32,000 bases of DNA from Thermoproteus tenax Kra 1 (GTDB taxonomy: Archaea > Thermoproteota > Thermoprotei > Thermoproteales > Thermoproteaceae): assembly GCF_000253055.1 (NCBI RefSeq), contig NC_016070.1, positions 1 to 32,000 of the forward strand, read 5' to 3'. Positions within the stretch are counted from its first letter, which is position 1, and each line of letters begins with the position of its first letter. Made by a program: the position numbers and the translations under genes. The notes beneath the pieces are model-generated. The model made no database searches and had not been told where the DNA came from. It saw only the letters and a program-made list of their open reading frames with translations. Below are positions 26,663 through 32,000 of this stretch, one piece after another.

Positions 26663-27139
26663 ATGCGCGTCCTTTTGGCCTATGTAGGGTATATTTTGGG
26701 CGGCGATCTCGCTGTTGGGATCGAGGCGGGGCATATCTTGGAGAGGGAGGGTCTGCCGGCAATAGAGCTCTCGGGCGATGTTTTTGCCATGATAGACGAT
26801 CTGCGCAAGGCAGCTCCAGATGTATTGATCTTAATTGGAGCCGTCAAAAGGGGGAGGCAACCGGGCACTCTTGAGGTGTACAAATATGTACCACAGAGGG
26901 TGGAGGATCCTCTTGAAGCAAACGACCTCCTGCGTCCCTCGCTCGAGGGGCGGATCTCGCTCGAGGATCTCCTGGCAGGCTTCCGCGTAGTCGACCCTCC
27001 CGCGCGTGAAATATACGTAGTAGAGTGTGAGCCGCCGCATCCCGACCCAGTCGTAGGGCTGTCGCCGGAGGGCGAGGAATGCGCCAAGAGGCTCGCAGAG
27101 AAGGCTGTAGAGCTGTACAACTATGTGCGCGATAGATGA
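26663..27139 (+). CDS. Hydrogenase maturation protease (HyaD/HycI-like)
   Basis: MRVLLAYVGYILGGDLAVGIEAGHIL...AIELSGDVFAMIDDL...DVLILIGAVKRGRQPGTLEVYKY; genomic context with [NiFe] hydrogenase. Confidence 0.8.
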   Translation: MRVLLAYVGYILGGDLAVGIEAGHILEREGLPAIELSGDVFAMIDDLRKAAPDVLILIGAVKRGRQPGTLEVYKYVPQRVEDPLEANDLLRPSLEGRISLEDLLAGFRVVDPPAREIYVVECEPPHPDPVVGLSPEGEECAKRLAEKAVELYNYVRDR

Positions 27140-27869
27140 AAAGGATCTCGAGGTTCTAAGAGCCGCGTTCAAAGGCGGGGGCAGGTTCTATGCCATATAC
27201 CGCCAGTCGAATCTATCCTTGGCCACTGCGTGGAGGAGGACCAAGAAGTTGATCAAGCTGGGTTACCTCAGAGAGAGGGGCGACCTCATAGAGCCCACTG
27301 AGAAGGCGCTCGTCGTTTTAGCCCACCACGGCGAGGTCGGCGCTTTGGTTCAGCTGGCCCATAAATACGACGTGGACAAGAGGACGCTCGCCAGCTTCAT
27401 CAAAGAAGTATGCAAGAGGGTAGGAAGCTTGGACTACGTCATAGCCGAGAGGTTGCCCGAACTCCTCAAGGTGTTTAACTTTGTGGACTTATACGACTTT
27501 GTAGACACTGAGTTAGAGCCCGTCGTCGCGAAGCTCTATCTGGAGTACTGCGCTCCATGCGTAGTACGCGTCGATGGGAATGCGTTCCTCTTCGGAGACG
27601 GCTACGTCCTCGCTGCGTACTGCAGGCTATGCGACAAAGGCGGGCAGTACGTGCTGTTCCACAAATGTCCCTACGCTGAAAGATTTTTCTCGCAAATGAA
27701 AAAGGAATTTATTAACGCAGAGGCGAGAGATAGCCATGAAGCTAAGCAGGAGAGACTTTCTAAAGGCGAGCTCCTTGGCGGCCGCGCTGTCGGCGCTCAA
27801 TTGGAGCACTCTAGTGAAAGCGGCGGCGGAGACCATAAAACAAGGAGATGTGGGAGTAGTCTGGCTTGA
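27123..27869 (+). CDS. HTH-domain putative transcriptional regulator in hydrogenase operon
   Basis: RQSNLSLATAWRRTKKLIKLGYLRERGDLIEPTEKAL wHTH; zinc-ribbon-like CAPC...CRLC...C; overlaps the next gene by 134 nt. Confidence 0.6.
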   Translation: MCAIDEKDLEVLRAAFKGGGRFYAIYRQSNLSLATAWRRTKKLIKLGYLRERGDLIEPTEKALVVLAHHGEVGALVQLAHKYDVDKRTLASFIKEVCKRVGSLDYVIAERLPELLKVFNFVDLYDFVDTELEPVVAKLYLEYCAPCVVRVDGNAFLFGDGYVLAAYCRLCDKGGQYVLFHKCPYAERFFSQMKKEFINAEARDSHEAKQERLSKGELLGGRAVGAQLEHSSESGGGDHKTRRCGSSLA

Positions 27870-29082
27870 GGCTCAGGACTGCGCAGGCAATACTACATCT
27901 ATAATCCAGGCGACGGATCCCTCCTTGTTGGACGTCTTGTTAGGCAGGACGCCTTTAGTGGGGCCGGGAACCGTCAGACTTTTGTTCCATGAGACCGTTA
28001 TGCCCGAGTGGGGCGCCTTCCATGTCACAAGCCCCTCCGACGTGAACAACGACCAGTACTTGAGGCAGATAGTGTCTCAACAACCGGCCCCCGGCAACGC
28101 AGACGCCATCTTGGAAGACATCGCCAACGGCAAATACGGACAGTACGTTCTTGTGTTGGAGGGCAGCTTCCCACAGGAGTACGGAATACAAGGCTCCAAT
28201 ATAGCTACTGAGGGCGGCTACTACTGCAAGATCGGCCAACACACGTGTACAGAGTGGCTGAAGAAGCTGTTGTCCAACGCTCTGGCGGTCGTAGCCGTGG
28301 GCAACTGTGCCACCTATGGAGGAATACCGGCTAATAAGGTGTTGGAGCCACCGCCGGGCTTCAATTACGCCACTTGGTCTCAGTCCCCGACAGGCGCGAT
28401 AGGGTTCTTCGACGATCCTCTAAGGGGCATTAAGGGCGTCATCCACCAGGACTACTTCCAACCGGAGGTCGAGCCGTTCAGAAAATATATAGATGAGGGC
28501 GGCGTGCCCGACTTCAAAACAGTGAAACCCGCGGTGGCTGTGCCAGGATGCCCCGCCAACGGCAACGGCATTATGAGGACTCTGGCGTTCTTAGTCTTGG
28601 TCGCCGCCGGATACTTGGATCCTAGCGTCTTAGATAGAAAAACTTTCCTGGATGAATATGCAAGACCCAACTTTATATTCCAACTAACTACTCATCAGCA
28701 GTGTCCAAGGGCCGCCTTCTATGCCGCGGGCGACTTTAGGCCCTACCCGGGCGCTGGAGATGGCAAGTGTTTATACGCTGTGGGATGCAAGGGTCCCGTG
28801 TCGCATTGTCCGTGGAACAAAGTGGGGTGGGTGGCTGGAGTCGGCGGGCCCACTAGGACCGGTGCAGTGTGTATAGGTTGTACTCAGCCCGGCTTCACCG
28901 ACGCCTTCGAGCCGTTCTACGCCAAGCTACCCTATGTACCTGTTGGAACAAAGCCGCTGAGCGACATAGCGATAGCCGCTGCCGGCGCCATCGGCGCTGC
29001 CGCCTTGCTAGGGGGCGTGTGGACAGGCCTAAGGGCCAGAGCTGAGAAGAAGCAACAAGCCCAGACAGGCGAGAAGAAGTAA
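27736..29082 (+). CDS. [NiFe] hydrogenase small subunit (Tat-exported, C-terminal TM)
   Basis: SRRDFLKASSLAAALSAL Tat signal; WLEAQDCAGN, GNCATYGGIPANK, AVPGCPANGNG, HQQCP, GCKGPVSHCPWN, CIGCTQPGFTDAFEPFY cluster motifs; C-terminal TM. Confidence 0.95.
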   Translation: MKLSRRDFLKASSLAAALSALNWSTLVKAAAETIKQGDVGVVWLEAQDCAGNTTSIIQATDPSLLDVLLGRTPLVGPGTVRLLFHETVMPEWGAFHVTSPSDVNNDQYLRQIVSQQPAPGNADAILEDIANGKYGQYVLVLEGSFPQEYGIQGSNIATEGGYYCKIGQHTCTEWLKKLLSNALAVVAVGNCATYGGIPANKVLEPPPGFNYATWSQSPTGAIGFFDDPLRGIKGVIHQDYFQPEVEPFRKYIDEGGVPDFKTVKPAVAVPGCPANGNGIMRTLAFLVLVAAGYLDPSVLDRKTFLDEYARPNFIFQLTTHQQCPRAAFYAAGDFRPYPGAGDGKCLYAVGCKGPVSHCPWNKVGWVAGVGGPTRTGAVCIGCTQPGFTDAFEPFYAKLPYVPVGTKPLSDIAIAAAGAIGAAALLGGVWTGLRARAEKKQQAQTGEKK

Positions 29083-30107
29083 TGCCGAGCGCCAGACTTA
29101 TAGGAAGCTTTATTGCGACCTCCATTACAGTGGGGCTTACGTGGGTTATACTCTATTATCTAGCGTGGGTGCCTCTGTCTGAGACATGGCCCGAGTTCTG
29201 GTCCTACTTCACAACTTACGGGATAAGGCTGAACAGTCTCACATTCTGGACTCTCCTCGTGGACGTCTTCTTCGACGTCCTGATAATATTAGTGATAATC
29301 TATGGCACTATATGGGTGTTGGGACATTTCGCCGCTTATGCCTCTCGGTATGACTACTTTAAGAGTCTGATGAACACGCCGAAGATTCAGAGGTGGAGCG
29401 TTTGGCAGAGAGTTCAACACATTATAATGTTTCTGACTCTAGTCATAACCGCGTACACAGGCTTCGTGACTATGTTTGACGCCAATCCGACGTGGCGCGA
29501 GTTCTATATCAACGGAGTCTATGCCGCCGCGGGTACTCCTCCGTTCTTCCTCTGGCCTGCTCAGACAGGGCCCGTACCTTTAATGATACTGATACACGTC
29601 TGGGCGGGGATAATAATGGGAGTGTTGGTCATAGCGCACTTCGCCTACTATGGAGTGAGGGTTTTAATCGATTTGGCCAAGAGGAGGGGGCCTATTTTGG
29701 ACCGCTGGCCGCTTCTCAGATTCTACACTTGGGGCTTCGTGAAATACATTGTTGCTAGGACTATCTGGCTGTTTAAGCCCAGCCACAAGTTGCCCGAGTG
29801 GACACACAAGTACGATCCAGAGCAGTTGTTCGAATACTGGGGCGTCTATTGGGGTATAGCGATACTGGGCATACCTGGCGCCATAATGGCAGTCTGGGGG
29901 CCCTCTGCTTTCGATGGACTGGCTTTCTTATTCCACACTAAGGAGGCTGTGTTGGCTGTGTCTTTCTTGTTGTTAGTCCATTTGACGTACACCCACTTCA
30001 TGCCGCATATATTCCCATATAACTCCATGTTCCACAGCGGCAAGATCCCAGAGGGTATCGTCAAAGAGGAGCATCCGGCTTGGTACAAGCAGTTGAAACA
30101 ACAATAG
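29082..30107 (+). CDS. Hydrogenase-associated cytochrome b subunit
   Basis: Multi-TM, HFAAYASRYDYF, WQRVQHIIMFLTLVITAYTGFVTMF, LMILIHVWAGIIMGVLVIAHFAYYG, LLVHLTYTHFMPHIFP; histidines suited for heme ligation. Confidence 0.75.
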   Translation: MPSARLIGSFIATSITVGLTWVILYYLAWVPLSETWPEFWSYFTTYGIRLNSLTFWTLLVDVFFDVLIILVIIYGTIWVLGHFAAYASRYDYFKSLMNTPKIQRWSVWQRVQHIIMFLTLVITAYTGFVTMFDANPTWREFYINGVYAAAGTPPFFLWPAQTGPVPLMILIHVWAGIIMGVLVIAHFAYYGVRVLIDLAKRRGPILDRWPLLRFYTWGFVKYIVARTIWLFKPSHKLPEWTHKYDPEQLFEYWGVYWGIAILGIPGAIMAVWGPSAFDGLAFLFHTKEAVLAVSFLLLVHLTYTHFMPHIFPYNSMFHSGKIPEGIVKEEHPAWYKQLKQQ

Positions 30108-30216
30108 TCCCCCTTTTTGAGACCTCTGCGTTCTATTTTTTGGCGCATCAAAGCGGCGGCGAGGCTTTTCAACAGACTGAAAAGCACATTTTTTAAATTC
30201 CCCACACCGGTTTACT

Positions 30217-32000
30217 ATGTCAACGATAAAGCTATGGATAGATCCTATTACGCGCATTGAGGGTCACCTAGCTCTATATGCAGAGGTCGACTCATCTACC
30301 AGGAAGGTCACGACGGCGCATACGACTGTGATGATGTTCCGCGGGTTCGAGGTCTTCCTAAGGGGGAGACCTCCCGAGGATGCCATCCATATAACCTCGC
30401 GCACATGCGGCGTCTGCGGCGCCGCCCACGCGAACGCATCCACCAGGGCTTGTGACGTGGCCTCGGGCATGACTCCGTATCCCATGGGCAACGTGTTGAG
30501 GACTATGGCCTACGCCATGACAGACTACACCTACGACCACTCTATAATTTTGAACATGCTTGAGGGCCCCGACTACAGCGAGGCGATCGTCAGCAAGCTG
30601 ACGCCCTCGGTGTGGCAGACGGCGCAGAGCACTCCGGCGAACTACTCGTCGATACACGGATATCGCACGATAGCGGACATCATGAGGGATCTGAACCCCA
30701 TTACCGGCAGAATATGGCAACTGACGGTCAAACACCAGAGACTTGCCAGAGAGGCCGGCGTCTTGATCTACGGCAGACACTCCCATCCCTCCACTCTGAT
30801 ACCAGGCGGCATAAGCACCGACATAACCCTCTTGGGCTCTATGTTGGAGGAATATTATGCTAGGCTGTCCAAACTGCTCGCCTGGGTCAAGTTCGTCTGG
30901 GCTATCTGGCAGGATCTATACGAGTTCTTCAGAGACCACGTCTCCACGCCGGACGGCAAATCCTACGCTCTGACGCAGGGCAAAACCCACGACCCCCCAG
31001 TTCTACTGGCAAGCGGCTGGGGCGACGACCCTGAGGTCTACAGCAGTATAACCGATGAGGCGAACGGAGACTGGAGGCAACTATACGCCAAACTCGACGA
31101 GGCCTACAACGCTAGGTGGGAGAAGCCCGGCTTAGCCATAGGCCACCAGCTGTACAGCCCCAATCCAACTGAGATACAGCTGGGCTACGTCGAATTCGCC
31201 GATTCGTCGTTCTATGAGGATTGGGTCAAGGCCAATGTCGCTCCGCCGTACGGTTGGCTGACCGAGGATCCTATAGGCAGGCCTTTGGTCAACGGCGACC
31301 CGACCCTGCAGAAGTACCACATGTGGAACAGGACGACGATACCGAAGCCAGGCGCCATCAACTTCGCCGATAAGTATACTTGGGCCGCCGAGCCCAGAAT
31401 CGTTCTGCCGATGGGCTCTCTGAAGGGCACAGTGATCCCCATAGAGACGGGCCCCATAGCCCAGCTCTGGATGGACACGCTCCATGCGACTAAGGTCACC
31501 ACAGCGACTGGCCAAACTCTCTGGGAGAGCAACGGGAGCACGCTGAAACTTTATCTGCCCGGCAATACCGTCAACCCCGATCTGCCCGAGGGCACCTACG
31601 GAGAGTTGACGATCACGTGGAATCTGCCTCAGTACTCTACGACTATGGAGCGCTTGCTTGCCAGAGCTGTCCACTTGGCCATGGCGGCCGCCATGGGCTA
31701 TGCGGCCCTCCTATACGCCTTCGAGTTGGTAAATAAGGGAAAGACCCAGACGTCGAGGCCTTGGAGTTATGGAAAATGGCCGAGCTTCAGCTACAGCTTC
31801 GGCTGGTGGCAAGTGCCGCGCGGCAACTGTATGCACTGGTTGGTGCAACAGAACGGGCGCATAGCCAACTACCAATATGAGGCGCCGACTACGCCCAATG
31901 TCAGTCCGCAGAACAGCAGATGCACCGGCCAGTGGCAAGGCCAGTGTAGAGGTCCCTTCGAGATGTCCGTTATAAATAGCCAGGAGACCGAGGAGACTCC
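30217..32000 (+). CDS. [NiFe] hydrogenase large subunit (truncated by window end)
   Basis: WIDPITRIEGHLALYAEV, RTCGVCGAAHANAS (L1 motif), YPMGNVLRTMAYAM, HPSTLIPGG, RNCMHW-like GNCMHWLVQ; open to the window end. Confidence 0.95.
   Translation, partial: MSTIKLWIDPITRIEGHLALYAEVDSSTRKVTTAHTTVMMFRGFEVFLRGRPPEDAIHITSRTCGVCGAAHANASTRACDVASGMTPYPMGNVLRTMAYAMTDYTYDHSIILNMLEGPDYSEAIVSKLTPSVWQTAQSTPANYSSIHGYRTIADIMRDLNPITGRIWQLTVKHQRLAREAGVLIYGRHSHPSTLIPGGISTDITLLGSMLEEYYARLSKLLAWVKFVWAIWQDLYEFFRDHVSTPDGKSYALTQGKTHDPPVLLASGWGDDPEVYSSITDEANGDWRQLYAKLDEAYNARWEKPGLAIGHQLYSPNPTEIQLGYVEFADSSFYEDWVKANVAPPYGWLTEDPIGRPLVNGDPTLQKYHMWNRTTIPKPGAINFADKYTWAAEPRIVLPMGSLKGTVIPIETGPIAQLWMDTLHATKVTTATGQTLWESNGSTLKLYLPGNTVNPDLPEGTYGELTITWNLPQYSTTMERLLARAVHLAMAAAMGYAALLYAFELVNKGKTQTSRPWSYGKWPSFSYSFGWWQVPRGNCMHWLVQQNGRIANYQYEAPTTPNVSPQNSRCTGQWQGQCRGPFEMSVINSQETEET

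Noticed and set aside
1-32000. CRISPR array, toxin-antitoxin or classic defence island
   Set aside because: No regularly spaced direct repeats and no Cas or recognised defence genes; the only tandem DNA repeats are the short operator at 26566-26615.

Overview
Crenarchaeal chromosomal window, probably Thermoproteales (Thermoproteus/Pyrobaculum-like): archaeal EF-1alpha and S10, an intron-interrupted tRNA-Met, TATA-box leaderless genes. Housekeeping and metabolic genes: DUF84 NTPase, geranylgeranyl-reductase-like flavoprotein, UspA, MBL hydrolase, amidase, translin-like protein, APC permease, S10, EF-1alpha, RidA, AIM24-like, SDR, and DMT/MFS transporters. The right end carries a [NiFe] hydrogenase operon (maturation protease, wHTH regulator, Tat small subunit, cytochrome b, large subunit running off the window). 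The best candidate for an undescribed system is the minus-strand cluster 8862->6206: small 3-TM protein, radical SAM/SPASM enzyme, presenilin-like intramembrane aspartyl protease (YD, GSGD and PALP motifs) split by an apparent +1 frameshift at a G5 run, and a winged-helix protein. Other notable signals are a C/D-box sRNA over the uspA stop codon, a possible minimal RNase-P-like RNA at 21334-21480, structured GC-rich intergenic regions, a multi-copy operator before the hydrogenase operon, an isolated IS605-end-like hairpin, two thermopsin-like secreted proteins, and a hydrogenase small subunit lacking one canonical proximal-cluster Cys. No CRISPR array or intact transposase was seen. All family calls come from motif recognition only; no searches were run.
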